64,000 bases of DNA, from NCBI GenBank assembly GCA_964291625.2, contig OZ220089.1, positions 384,001 to 448,000 on the forward strand. Reading direction: 5' to 3'. Position 1 is the first letter of the stretch; every line of letters begins with the position of its first letter. This stretch comes from Candidatus Latescibacterota bacterium. GTDB lineage: Bacteria; Latescibacterota; UBA2968; UBA8231. The position numbers were made by a program, and so were the translations under genes. Of the stretch, positions 49,015 through 58,582 are shown piece after piece. Below the pieces are notes generated by a model. The model worked only from the letters and a program-made list of their open reading frames with translations, had not been told where the DNA came from and searched no databases.

Positions 49015-49878
49015 ATGCGACTCGGAGTGGTGGGTCTGCTGCCCGCCGATTTCCGCGACATCACGCCCGGACATCTCTCCGCCATCTCCGGCCTGGGACT
49101 GACCGGCGCCGGCAGCCACGCCAGCGGTGAGATCCTCGGCGAGGCCACGCCCGACCAGTGTGCCAGCGTGCGGGCGGTCTTCGAGGGAGCCGGCATGGAC
49201 CTGGTGCAGTTCGGCATCGGCTACTCCGGGTGCCTCTTCGATCCCGACCAGGCGGTGCGGGCGCGTCTCCTCGACACGATCGGCCGCGGCATCGAGGTCT
49301 CGGCCGCCCTCGGCGCCCACTTCTGCCTGATCCGCACGGGCAGCCTGAACCCGGCCGGCTCCTATGCCCCCGGCCCGGAGAACCACCAACCCGAGTGCCG
49401 CGACCGCCTGCTGGTGTCGCTGCGGCGGATCGCCGCCAGGGCCGAGGCCGAGGGCGTCACCATGGTCGTCGAGACCCACCTGCTGACGATCATGGACTCG
49501 CCCGAGACCAACGCCTCCCTCCTCGCCGAGGTCGGCTCCGAGCGCCTGCGCGTGGTCATGGACTGCGCCAACCACTTCCAGGCCGTGCACCAGGTCTACG
49601 ACTCTCGTCCCCGCATCGACCGCATCTTCGAGCACATGGGGCCCATCGCCGGCTGCGGCCACCTCAAGGACGCGGCCGTGCGCGGCGGCTTCGTCAGCCA
49701 CGTGGACGAGGAGGTCCCCGGCGAGGGCGACCTCGACCTCGGGTACCTGCTGCAGCGCTGGCAGGAGATCCGCCCCGAGGGCTACATGCTCCTGGAGCAC
49801 CTGCCGGACGAGAAGTACCCCCTCGCCGCGGCCAACGCCCACCGCATCGCGGCGCGGGCCGGCGTGGAGGTCCACTGA
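49015..49878 (+). CDS. sugar phosphate isomerase/epimerase (xylose-isomerase-like TIM barrel)
   Basis: VETH, DCANH, HLKD, PGEGDLD and LEH motifs. Confidence 0.88.
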   Translation: MRLGVVGLLPADFRDITPGHLSAISGLGLTGAGSHASGEILGEATPDQCASVRAVFEGAGMDLVQFGIGYSGCLFDPDQAVRARLLDTIGRGIEVSAALGAHFCLIRTGSLNPAGSYAPGPENHQPECRDRLLVSLRRIAARAEAEGVTMVVETHLLTIMDSPETNASLLAEVGSERLRVVMDCANHFQAVHQVYDSRPRIDRIFEHMGPIAGCGHLKDAAVRGGFVSHVDEEVPGEGDLDLGYLLQRWQEIRPEGYMLLEHLPDEKYPLAAANAHRIAARAGVEVH

Positions 49879-50639
49879 TGGCCCCTGCCTACGTGCCGGT
49901 GCGGCGGGCCACGGTGGAGGTGCTCTTCACGCTGGAGAAGGAGGCGGCCAAGCCCAACGGCCTGCAGTACGACGCCGCCACCGACCGGCTGCTGGCCGCC
50001 GACCAGCGCGACGGCGCCCTGATCACCGTGGAGGATCCGCGGGGCGAACGCAGCCAGAGCGAGTTCGCCGCCGGCTCCACCGGCCCCAGCGGCGTCACCG
50101 TCATGCCCTGGCAGGGCGAGGGCATCACCGTCATGTCGGGCACCCACGCCCCCGACCTGACCGTGATCGACTCCGGCGGCCAAGTCTACTCCGTCGACCA
50201 CCGGGGCGTGGGCACCGGCATCGTCGGCTTCTCCAAGGAGCCGGTCACCGGCCAGCACACCGGCTTCCACGGCCTCGAGTGGGACGGCAGCCACCTGTGG
50301 GCGGCCTCGCCCCCGGCCCGGAAGATCTTCCGCCTCGACCTGCGGCCCGACGCCGACGGCCGGCCGTCGGTCGCCGGCTGCTCGTGGTTCCCCCTGGTCT
50401 TCGGCAACCGGCCCCACGGCCTGGCCTGGGCCGATCCCGCCCGCCGCACGGTGTGGTGCAACGACACCACCCTCAACTGCGTGTACCGCTACGACACGGT
50501 TACGGGGGAATGCGTGGAGATCCTGGTGCTGCCCGCCGACGCGCCCGTGAGCCACGGCATGACGATCGTCGACGGCGACCTGTGGTACTGCGAGGACAAC
50601 ACGGCCCGCATCTGCCGGGTCGTCAGGGAATCCGGCTGA
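49878..50639 (+). CDS. beta-propeller protein (Vgb/SMP-30-like)
   Basis: PNGLQ, PSGVT, HGLEWDG, PHGLAW and SHGMT blade repeats; translationally coupled to the upstream gene. Confidence 0.7.
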   Translation: MAPAYVPVRRATVEVLFTLEKEAAKPNGLQYDAATDRLLAADQRDGALITVEDPRGERSQSEFAAGSTGPSGVTVMPWQGEGITVMSGTHAPDLTVIDSGGQVYSVDHRGVGTGIVGFSKEPVTGQHTGFHGLEWDGSHLWAASPPARKIFRLDLRPDADGRPSVAGCSWFPLVFGNRPHGLAWADPARRTVWCNDTTLNCVYRYDTVTGECVEILVLPADAPVSHGMTIVDGDLWYCEDNTARICRVVRESG

Positions 50640-50645
50640 TCCGCC

Positions 50646-51656
50646 TCAGCCCGGCATGCGCACGGCCGCATCGCGGCGCTCGCGCATCCCCGACTGCATC
50701 GACTCCGGGTAGCGGTGGGGCAGCCGCGACACCTCGTCCAGCCGGGCCCGGGCCTCGTCGGGCAGGCGCCAGCCGGCGGTGGCGAGGGTGTCTCCCAGTT
50801 GCGCGGGGCTGCGGGCGCCGCAGATCGCCGAGGTGATCGCCGGCTGCTCCAGCACCCAGCGCACGGCCACTTCCACCGGCGTGCGCTCCAGCTCCGCGGC
50901 CACGGCCAGCAGCGTCTCCAGGGTACGGTCGGCGCTGGCGGCGAAGTAGCTCGCCGGATAGGCCCACCCCTCCTCCGACCGGGTGCCCGCGGAGACGCGC
51001 TCGCCGGGGCGGTACTTGCCGGTGAGGAAGCCGCCCCCGAGGGGCGACCACACGACGACGCCGAGCCCCTTGTGCAGGCACAGGGGGATCAGCTCCTGCT
51101 CGATGTCGCGGACCACCAGGCTGTACTGGGGCTGGTAGCACTCGAAGCGGGACCAGCGGTTGTGGTCGCTGATCCACAGGCATTCCATGAGCCGCCAGGC
51201 CGGGTAGTTGCTGCACGCCGTGTAGCGCACCTTGCCCTGGCGCACGAGGTCGTCCTGGGCCCGCAGCATCTCCTCCATCGGCGTCTGCACGTCCACGTGG
51301 TGGATGTAGTAGAGGTCGACGTAGTCGGTGCGCAGGCGCCGGAGGCTGTCCTCCAGGGCGTTCATGACGTGCACCCGGGACATGCCCGAGTCGTTGGGGC
51401 CCGGCCCCATGGGGTTGAAGAACTTGGTGGCGATCACGTGGTCCCGGCGGCGGCCCTCCAGGGCGCGGCCGAGGTACTGCTCCGAGAGGCTCCCGGCGTA
51501 GGTGTTGGCCGTGTCGAAGAAGTTCACGCCCCGGTCGATGGCCAGGTCGACGATGCGGCGCGACTCCTCCTCGTCGGCGCCGTGGCCGAAGGTCATGGTG
51601 CCCAGGCAGATCTCGGAGACCTTGAGGCCGGAACGGCCCATGCGTCGGTATTCCAT
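50646..51656 (-). CDS. aldo/keto reductase
   Basis: GLKVSEICLGTMTFG, FDTANTY, IATK, DYVDLYYIH and WSPLGGG motifs. Confidence 0.94.
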   Translation of the reverse strand: MEYRRMGRSGLKVSEICLGTMTFGHGADEEESRRIVDLAIDRGVNFFDTANTYAGSLSEQYLGRALEGRRRDHVIATKFFNPMGPGPNDSGMSRVHVMNALEDSLRRLRTDYVDLYYIHHVDVQTPMEEMLRAQDDLVRQGKVRYTACSNYPAWRLMECLWISDHNRWSRFECYQPQYSLVVRDIEQELIPLCLHKGLGVVVWSPLGGGFLTGKYRPGERVSAGTRSEEGWAYPASYFAASADRTLETLLAVAAELERTPVEVAVRWVLEQPAITSAICGARSPAQLGDTLATAGWRLPDEARARLDEVSRLPHRYPESMQSGMRERRDAAVRMPG

Positions 51657-51732
51657 GGGCCCTGAAGGTATCCCTTCCTACCCCGGGGCTCCAGCGCTGA
51701 CCCGGCCGGAGCGGCGGCCTATCTTCCCGAAC

Positions 51733-53088
51733 ATGCCCGACCCCCTGGCCCCCCTCAAGCGCTGCGAGCTGCACGTCCACGCCGGCGGGTGCCTCTCGAT
51801 GGAGGACCTGATCGAGATGGCCGACGGCCGCGCCGGCGACATCGACTGGAGCTCCTTCGTGGAGGCCTTCGAGGCTGCCTACGGCCGGCGCCCCGACCCG
51901 AAGGCGATGTTCCGCCGGGCCGCCGGAGGCGACGCCGCCGCTTTGGAGGAGCTGCGCCGGCACTACGTCTTCACCGAGGAGGACGGCCCCGACTTCGCCC
52001 GGTTCTCGGCCAAGTTCAGCCTGCTGATCTGCATCGGCCGCCACTACATGAGGCACGTGCCCCGCGGCGGCCGGGAGGTCATGGGCCGCGCCCTCGACCA
52101 CCACCGCCGCCGCGGCGTGCGCTACGTGGAGATGCGGGCCCACTACGGCCGCACCGGCGACCTGCCGGGCTTCGTCGAGTTCCACCGGACCAACGCCGAG
52201 GTCCTCCTCCAGACGCGGGGCGGCGGCTTCGAGCCCCGCTACGTGCCCTCCCTGCCGCGCTCCTCGCCGCTGCCGGCGTACGACCTGCTGCGACGCCTGA
52301 TGGCCGACCGGCCGGAGCTGGCCGAGGTCGTGGCCGGCGTCGACTTCTGCAACGTCGAGGAGGGCTTCCCCCCCAAGGGGGTGCGCGGCTTCTTCCGGCG
52401 GCTCCGGGCGGACAACGACGCCGAACCGCAGGCCGCCCTCGGGGTCCTCTACCACGTGGGCGAGATCTACTTCGACAAGTCCCTGGAGAGCGCCGTGCGC
52501 TGGTGCCACGAGGCCGCCGAACTCGGGTCGCGGCGGCTGGGCCACTGCATCGCCCTCGGCCTGGACCCGGAGGTGTCGGTGCAGCGGCGCGGCGGCTCCC
52601 ACCTGCGGGAGCCGGTGGCCGAGCGGCTCGACCAGATCGCCTGGGACCTGCGCCACCGACGGGGCCTGGAGGATGCCGGCGTGGAGGTCTCTCCCGCCGC
52701 CCTGGAGGCGGAGCGCGAGAGCCTCCGGGGGCGGGACCGCACGGCCCTCTGCCGCCGGCCCTACGACGACCGCCGCCTGGAGCAGGTGCGCCGGCGCCAG
52801 GAGTTCGTCCTCGGCGAGCTGTCCCGCCTGGGCGTGGTCGTCGAGTCGTGCCCCAGCTCCAACCTGCGCCTCGGCAGCATCCCCCGGCCGGAGCTGCACC
52901 CCGTGCACCGCTTCCTCGACTCCGGCGTGGACCTCGTCATCGGCGCCGACGACCCCGGCATCTTCGAGTCTCCCCTGGCCGCCGAGGTCGACTGGGTCGC
53001 CCGGACCACCCGCCTGTCGGACGAGGCCCTCGCCGCGCGCCTCGGCGACCCCCTGAAGCACCGCCTTCGCAAAGGAGACCTCCCGTGA
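51733..53088 (+). CDS. adenosine deaminase-like amidohydrolase
   Basis: ELHVH, YHVGE, RLGH, ESCPSSN and GADDPG motifs. Confidence 0.82.
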   Translation: MPDPLAPLKRCELHVHAGGCLSMEDLIEMADGRAGDIDWSSFVEAFEAAYGRRPDPKAMFRRAAGGDAAALEELRRHYVFTEEDGPDFARFSAKFSLLICIGRHYMRHVPRGGREVMGRALDHHRRRGVRYVEMRAHYGRTGDLPGFVEFHRTNAEVLLQTRGGGFEPRYVPSLPRSSPLPAYDLLRRLMADRPELAEVVAGVDFCNVEEGFPPKGVRGFFRRLRADNDAEPQAALGVLYHVGEIYFDKSLESAVRWCHEAAELGSRRLGHCIALGLDPEVSVQRRGGSHLREPVAERLDQIAWDLRHRRGLEDAGVEVSPAALEAERESLRGRDRTALCRRPYDDRRLEQVRRRQEFVLGELSRLGVVVESCPSSNLRLGSIPRPELHPVHRFLDSGVDLVIGADDPGIFESPLAAEVDWVARTTRLSDEALAARLGDPLKHRLRKGDLP

Positions 53089-53882
53089 GCGACCACCCCC
53101 GAATCGGCCTCGTCGGCTTCGGCTACATCGGATCCTACGTGTACGAGCAGATCACCACGCGCCCGGAGCTGGGCCTCGACATCGCCTTCGTCCACAACCG
53201 CAGCCCCGGACGCGTCGCCGGGCTGCCAGCAGAGCACGTCCTCGAGGACCTGGGAGCCTTCGCGGGTCACGGCGCCGACCTTGTCGTCGAGGTCGCCCAC
53301 CCCGACATCACCCGCGGCCACGGCCGCGCCTTCCTCGAGGCCGCCGACTACATGCCCCTCTCCCTGACCGCCTTCGCCGACGCCGAGCTCGAAGCCGCAC
53401 TCCTCGACACGGCCCGCTCCGCCGGCACCCGCCTCTTCGTCCCCCACGGCGCCGTGGTCGGACTCGACGCCCTCGAAGAGGGCCGCGAGACCTGGAACGA
53501 GGTGGGCATGGTCATGAAGAAGCCGGTGCGCAGCCTCGACTTCTCCAGCGCCCCCGGCATCGATCCGGAGGCGATCACCAGGGAGACCACCCTCTTCGAC
53601 GGCACCGCCCGGGAGATCTGCCCCCTCTACCCCCGCAACGTCAACTCCCACGCCGCCGTGGCCCTGGCCGGCATCGGCTTCGACCGCACCCGCTCGGTGC
53701 TGATCGCCGACCCGGCCCTGGAGGCCTCCATCATCGAGGTGGAGGCCCGGGGCGGCGGCGTGCAGATCTCGATCCGCCGAGAGAACCCGATGAAGGGCGT
53801 CAGCGGCGTGATGACGTTGATGTCGACGCTGGCCAGCATCGGGCGTGCGAAGGGGGATGCGCCGGGGCTGCGGGTTTGTTGA
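53085..53882 (+). CDS. aspartate dehydrogenase-like (NadX/DUF108) protein, divergent
   Basis: GFGYIG, VVEVAHP, PHGAVVGLD, FDGTARE and YPRNVNSHAA motifs. Confidence 0.78.
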   Translation: MSDHPRIGLVGFGYIGSYVYEQITTRPELGLDIAFVHNRSPGRVAGLPAEHVLEDLGAFAGHGADLVVEVAHPDITRGHGRAFLEAADYMPLSLTAFADAELEAALLDTARSAGTRLFVPHGAVVGLDALEEGRETWNEVGMVMKKPVRSLDFSSAPGIDPEAITRETTLFDGTAREICPLYPRNVNSHAAVALAGIGFDRTRSVLIADPALEASIIEVEARGGGVQISIRRENPMKGVSGVMTLMSTLASIGRAKGDAPGLRVC

Positions 53883-54003
53883 ATCCATTCTGCCGGACAG
53901 TTCCCTTTTCCCCATGTCGCACCACCCTCTGGTTTGGTTTCATTCGGTTCATGCGGTCTCCTCAGGGCCCCGCGCTGGAAGAGTTATCAACAAGGAGTCT
54001 CTG

Positions 54004-55473
54004 ATGCCAAGGCGCCCTCGGCAGCATCAGCTAGAGACAGAGTCCCAGGCCGCCATTCGAACTGCCGTTCCTTCCAAATGGGTCTACCGCGACCTAAAGG
54101 ATGACTATGGAGTCGACTCTGAGGTGGAAATCTTCGATGATGAAGGTCGGGGAACGGGCGAGAAGTTCCTGGTGCAGTTGAAGGCAACGGACGAGCGAGA
54201 TCTCGGGAAGGCGCTCAGAGTGTGGCTTCCCCGAGCGAAGCTGAGATACTTCGCGTCTCTTGAACAGCCCGTGCTTCTTGTGCGATTCCACGCGCCCACC
54301 CAAACGCTGTACGCTCGGTGGTTTCACTCTTGGGACCCCTACTATGAACCGATGCGGAGAGCCGGCGCATCTCTACTCTTTCGCGAAGAGGATCTCTGGA
54401 ATGAGGCGACATCGACGTCAATTGAACGCGATGTCAGAGCTTTTCGGGACGTTCGATCTCCAAGGATACCGGGGCCGATCTCCTTTTCTCTTCAGTGCGA
54501 TGGTGACTTCCATGGGACGCCTTCATTCGAGGTCAAGCTTAGGCTCAAGGAGTCCTGTCATGACCTGAGGCATATCATCAATTTTGATGGCGACTCCACC
54601 TCACCGTATCGAATCCACCTCTCAGATGAACTGATCGAGGTGAGGATTGCAGGATCTCACGGGTGCAGCCTGCACTCCAAGGGGCAACCTGATGCTGAAT
54701 CTAGTCCCCCGACCCACCATGACATCATTATGGCCATCGCTCTGGCAGTGGACCAGACGGGACACGCAGTAGAGGCCGCCCAGATCATGGAGCCCTTCCT
54801 TCCTCAGTCGCGGTTGGTTGCTCAACCCGAGGTGGCACTGATGGCTGCGCTGTGTCTCGCAAAGGCAAATCAGATGCACCTAGCACTTGAGGTAGCAGCT
54901 CTACTGTTCGAGGATGACACATCGGCCTATTCTGCACGGGTTTTTCTCCTGCCTCTCCTGGCACGGCACTCTCAGATGCCCGCCACAGCGCAAGACCTGT
55001 GTGTAAGGGTCCTTAGAAAGGGCTCTGAGCAGTTAGAGTCGAGGTCAGACAAGTCAGGGGCCGCATCCTTGGAGTACACCTGTGGAAACTATCTTCGAAG
55101 TTTGGGACGATTGAGGGAGGCCCTGAGTACCTATCGCAGGGCCGCGCAACTCGACCCCGAGTACGAGAAGCGGGAATACTACTGGCGGGAGTTGGGAGGC
55201 ATTCTCTTCATGGGTCAGAGATATCGGGCTGCAGTCACGGTTTACGCCCGAGCCCTTACAATCAAGGACCAAAGGTTCACGAAGCTGTTGCACGCCGACG
55301 CTTTGATGTTTGCAGGGGAGTACAAGAGAGCTGAGGAGGAATTTGCCCAGCTTCTCGAGACACCGATTGATACTGAGGACTTCGAGTGGGCACTGAAGAG
55401 GCTGGCACTCTCTCTGGATTCGCCAACAGGTGGGTATAGACGCTCAGAACCGAGGGAGGGCGAGGTACCCTGA
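54004..55473 (+). CDS. DUF4365 (PD-(D/E)xK nuclease-like) plus TPR protein, N-terminal part
   Basis: DDYGVDSEVEIFD...FLVQLKAT followed by TPR-like helices; AAGGAG RBS; visibly lower GC. Confidence 0.78.
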   Translation: MPRRPRQHQLETESQAAIRTAVPSKWVYRDLKDDYGVDSEVEIFDDEGRGTGEKFLVQLKATDERDLGKALRVWLPRAKLRYFASLEQPVLLVRFHAPTQTLYARWFHSWDPYYEPMRRAGASLLFREEDLWNEATSTSIERDVRAFRDVRSPRIPGPISFSLQCDGDFHGTPSFEVKLRLKESCHDLRHIINFDGDSTSPYRIHLSDELIEVRIAGSHGCSLHSKGQPDAESSPPTHHDIIMAIALAVDQTGHAVEAAQIMEPFLPQSRLVAQPEVALMAALCLAKANQMHLALEVAALLFEDDTSAYSARVFLLPLLARHSQMPATAQDLCVRVLRKGSEQLESRSDKSGAASLEYTCGNYLRSLGRLREALSTYRRAAQLDPEYEKREYYWRELGGILFMGQRYRAAVTVYARALTIKDQRFTKLLHADALMFAGEYKRAEEEFAQLLETPIDTEDFEWALKRLALSLDSPTGGYRRSEPREGEVP

Positions 55474-55924
55474 CGAATTTCCCAATGGATTCCAAGCCTC
55501 AGAGATCGTGGAGTCTTGTAGAGCAGCCTTGCAGATAGATGCCCTAGATGGCCTCGCATGGTTCAACCTTGGTGCATCCTTTCAGCAGAGCGGCAAACAG
55601 GATGAGGCAGCCAAGTCGTTTCTAACTGCGGCGCTTGTTCGCCCGGGAGATCTTGAGGCATGGGGAAATGTCGTCGCATATGGGATGAACGAGAACCACC
55701 TCGTTCTAGTCAGCCTTGCGGCTTGCACAGCCTACAGGCTTAATGGTGAAGAGTTCCTTCGAGAGCTGGCAAAGCGCATCCCCGGCCCCGACAAGCAGGA
55801 TCAATTCGTGAATCTGATGGGCGAATTCCTCGCGCAGGTGCAGAGAACGGAGGACTCAATGACCTTGAGAGCACACGACGACTCAGGTGGGTGGAAGGAA
55901 TTCAGAATTCCTACTGCAGGATAA
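55430..55924 (+). CDS. TPR-containing C-terminal fragment of the upstream gene (frameshift near 55408-55416)
   Basis: AALQIDALDGLAWFNLG...AAKSF...PGDLEAW TPR; overlaps the upstream ORF out of frame just after a CT repeat. Confidence 0.6.
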   Translation: MGIDAQNRGRARYPDEFPNGFQASEIVESCRAALQIDALDGLAWFNLGASFQQSGKQDEAAKSFLTAALVRPGDLEAWGNVVAYGMNENHLVLVSLAACTAYRLNGEEFLRELAKRIPGPDKQDQFVNLMGEFLAQVQRTEDSMTLRAHDDSGGWKEFRIPTAG

Positions 55925-56058
55925 GGGGAGCAAAGGGCTTCATTGTCCAACCTTACTTCCTCTTGGCGAAGGGCAATGTCGCCTGTGTTTTCAGGGCCCT
56001 GGACAGTACCTTCTTGGCTCAAGCAAATAACCGGATAGGAAGAGATTGGGCCTGAAGA

Positions 56059-56916
56059 ATGCAGAGAGTTCTTTCAGAATCCGACCGCCGCTTCTGGGAC
56101 GAGAACGGCTACGTCGTCGTGCCCGACGCCGTCCCCCGGGAGAACCTGGACCGCCTGGTGGAGGCCATCTGGGAGTTCCTCGAGATCGACCCGGACGACC
56201 CCGAGGACTGGTACCGCCACGACCCGTACACCCGCGAGCGCCGGACCTCGCCGATCAGCAGCGGCGGCATGGTGGAGATCTACCAGCACCAGGCGATCTG
56301 GGACAACCGGCAGTACCCGAGGGTGCACCAGGCCTTCGCCGAGATCTGGGGCGACGAGAAGCTGTGGGTCTCCCTCGACCGGGCCAACATGAAGCCGCCG
56401 GCGCGGGAGGACAGGCCGGAGTGGAACAACAAGGGGATGATCCACTGGGACCTGGACACCTCCAAGCAACCGATCCGCTTCGGCGTGCAGGGGGTCCTCT
56501 ACCTCACGGACACCGCCGAGGACCAGGGCGGCTTCCAGTGCGTGCCCGGCTTCCACCGCATGTTCGATGAGTGGGTGAAGACGCAGCCGGAGGACCGCAA
56601 CCCCTCGCGGCCGGACCTGGAGGGCCTGACGGTGAAGGCGATCCCCGGCAAGGCGGGGGACCTGCTGATCTGGCACCGGCTGCTGGCCCACGGCAACGGG
56701 CACAACCGCTCCGACCGCCCGCGCCTGGCCCAGTACATCACCATGTCCCCGGCCGGCAATCCCGAGGCGGCGGGGCCCCGGATCCAGGCCTGGCGGGAGC
56801 GCCGCCCGACGCCGGGATGGCCGGGGGACCCGCGCGACCGGGAGCACCGGCTCCAGGAGCCGGCCCGGCTCACGCCTCTGGGCCGCAGGCTCCTCGGCCT
56901 CGATCCCTGGGAGTAG
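56059..56916 (+). CDS. phytanoyl-CoA dioxygenase family (Fe/2OG) protein
   Basis: ENGYVVV, IHWD, GGFQCVPGFH, AGDLLIW...HG and PRLAQY motifs. Confidence 0.9.
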   Translation: MQRVLSESDRRFWDENGYVVVPDAVPRENLDRLVEAIWEFLEIDPDDPEDWYRHDPYTRERRTSPISSGGMVEIYQHQAIWDNRQYPRVHQAFAEIWGDEKLWVSLDRANMKPPAREDRPEWNNKGMIHWDLDTSKQPIRFGVQGVLYLTDTAEDQGGFQCVPGFHRMFDEWVKTQPEDRNPSRPDLEGLTVKAIPGKAGDLLIWHRLLAHGNGHNRSDRPRLAQYITMSPAGNPEAAGPRIQAWRERRPTPGWPGDPRDREHRLQEPARLTPLGRRLLGLDPWE

Positions 56917-56936
56917 AGCCAAGGAGACAGACCCTC

Positions 56937-57761
56937 GTGAGAAGAGCAGATCTGCACGTCCATACTCATGCGTCGTCCGACGCATCGTTCGATCCGGAGG
57001 AGGTCTTCAGCGTGGCCAAGGCGCGGGGACTGACGGCCTTGACCTTCTCCGACCACGACTGCATCGACAGCATTGCGGAAGGCCAACGGCTCTCGACCGT
57101 GTACGGCCTGACCTTCCTGCCCGGCATCGAGATCACCAGTTCGTGGCGCGGGGAACCGGCCCACATCCTGGGCTTTTTCCCCGATGGCCCGCTCCCATCC
57201 CTGGAGGTGTTCCTGGCCGAGAGATTCCGGGGGGAGAGAAGACGCCGCAATCTCGCCATCGTGGAGTACATGCAGGGGCAGGGCGCGGCGGTGACCACCG
57301 CCGAGTACGACGCCGAGGTCGAGGATCCGGAGCACGAGTCGAGGGCAATGTATGAGTTGCTGGTGAAGAAGGGCGTTGTGTCGAACTGGGAAGAGTTCGG
57401 GGCCATACAGGAGGCTGCCGGCGTCCAGCTTCTCCGCCCGCTGGTTCCGGAGGCCATCCGGGCCTGTCACGAGGCCGGCGGCATTGCCGTGGTGGCTCAT
57501 CCCGGCCACGACACCGGCGTCGTATTCACCTTCGACGAGGAGAGCATCGCCGCCCTGGCGGCCGAAGGTCTCGACGGTGTCGAGGTGTGGCATCCCGCGC
57601 ACACCGAGGCCCAGGAGGAGGAGTATGCACGGGTTGCAGACCGCCTCGGACTGGTCAAGACCGGTGGTTCGGACATGCACATACCCCGCCCGGAGCCCCA
57701 GAAGATGGTCGGCGGCACGTACTGTGATTGGGACGAGGTGCTCCGCTACCTGGAACGGTAG
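56937..57761 (+). CDS. PHP domain metal-dependent phosphoesterase
   Basis: DLHVHTHASSD, SDHD, GIEI, HILG, AHP and GGSDMH motifs. Confidence 0.9.
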   Translation: MRRADLHVHTHASSDASFDPEEVFSVAKARGLTALTFSDHDCIDSIAEGQRLSTVYGLTFLPGIEITSSWRGEPAHILGFFPDGPLPSLEVFLAERFRGERRRRNLAIVEYMQGQGAAVTTAEYDAEVEDPEHESRAMYELLVKKGVVSNWEEFGAIQEAAGVQLLRPLVPEAIRACHEAGGIAVVAHPGHDTGVVFTFDEESIAALAAEGLDGVEVWHPAHTEAQEEEYARVADRLGLVKTGGSDMHIPRPEPQKMVGGTYCDWDEVLRYLER

Positions 57762-57956
57762 CGGCCTGCTGGACTCACCCTCCCGCGGGGTTGGGAGAGC
57801 CGGCGCCTCGGGCAGCCCGAGGCGGGGTCCGGATCCTGGCGGCCGGCGCCGGGCTGGCCGGCATCCGCGCGACCCGGACCACCGGCGGCCGGCGCCGCCC
57901 CGGCTCACGCCGCCGGGGCGCAGGGGCTGGTGCTACATCCCTGCGGCTGAAGCCGC

Positions 57957-58577
57957 TCAGCCCGCGTAACGGTCGAGGTCGATCTGCCCCGAGGCGATCC
58001 GCCGCAGGGTCTCCGGGTAGAGGCGGTGCTCCACCTCCAACACACGCGCGGCCAGCGTCTGGGGGGTGTCGCCGGGCTCGACCGGCACCTCTTCCTGGGC
58101 CAGGACCGGTCCGTGGTCGTAGATCTCGTCGACGACGTGGACGGTGGCGCCGCTGGTTCCCTCGCCGGCGGCCAGGACCGCCTCGTGCACATGCAGGCCG
58201 TAGAACCCCCGGCCGCCGTGCCGCGGCAGCAGGCCGGGGTGGATGTTGAGGATGCGGCCGTCGAAGGCGGTCAGGGTCCGCGGCCCGATGCGCTTCATGT
58301 ACCCCGCCAGGCAGACCACCTCCGCTCCTGCCTCGCGCAGGGCGTCGCGGATCGCCGTGTCGAGGGCGGCCGGGTCCGGGTGGGTTCGTCCGCTCAGGTG
58401 GCGGGCAGGGATCCCCTGGGCGCGAGCCCGGGCCAGGGCTCCCGACCGGGAGTTGTTGCCGATGACGACGCGGGGCTCGGCGTGGAGGCGGCCCTCGCGG
58501 CAGGCGTCGAGGATGGCCTGCATGTTGGTGCCGCCTCCCGAGGCCAGGAACCCGAGGCGCAGGGGCGGCCGGCTCAC
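57957..58577 (-). CDS. purN: phosphoribosylglycinamide formyltransferase
   Basis: ASGGGTNMQA, LAGYMK, NIHPGLLP and GATVH...YDHGP motifs. Confidence 0.95.
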   Translation of the reverse strand: MSRPPLRLGFLASGGGTNMQAILDACREGRLHAEPRVVIGNNSRSGALARARAQGIPARHLSGRTHPDPAALDTAIRDALREAGAEVVCLAGYMKRIGPRTLTAFDGRILNIHPGLLPRHGGRGFYGLHVHEAVLAAGEGTSGATVHVVDEIYDHGPVLAQEEVPVEPGDTPQTLAARVLEVEHRLYPETLRRIASGQIDLDRYAG

Positions 58578-58582
58578 GGCGG

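Noticed and set aside
53883-56058. IS or prophage boundaries around the low-GC insert
   Set aside because: Only short chance-level matches (ATGTCGC, TCAGGGCCC) occur at both ends; there is no transposase, integrase or tRNA.
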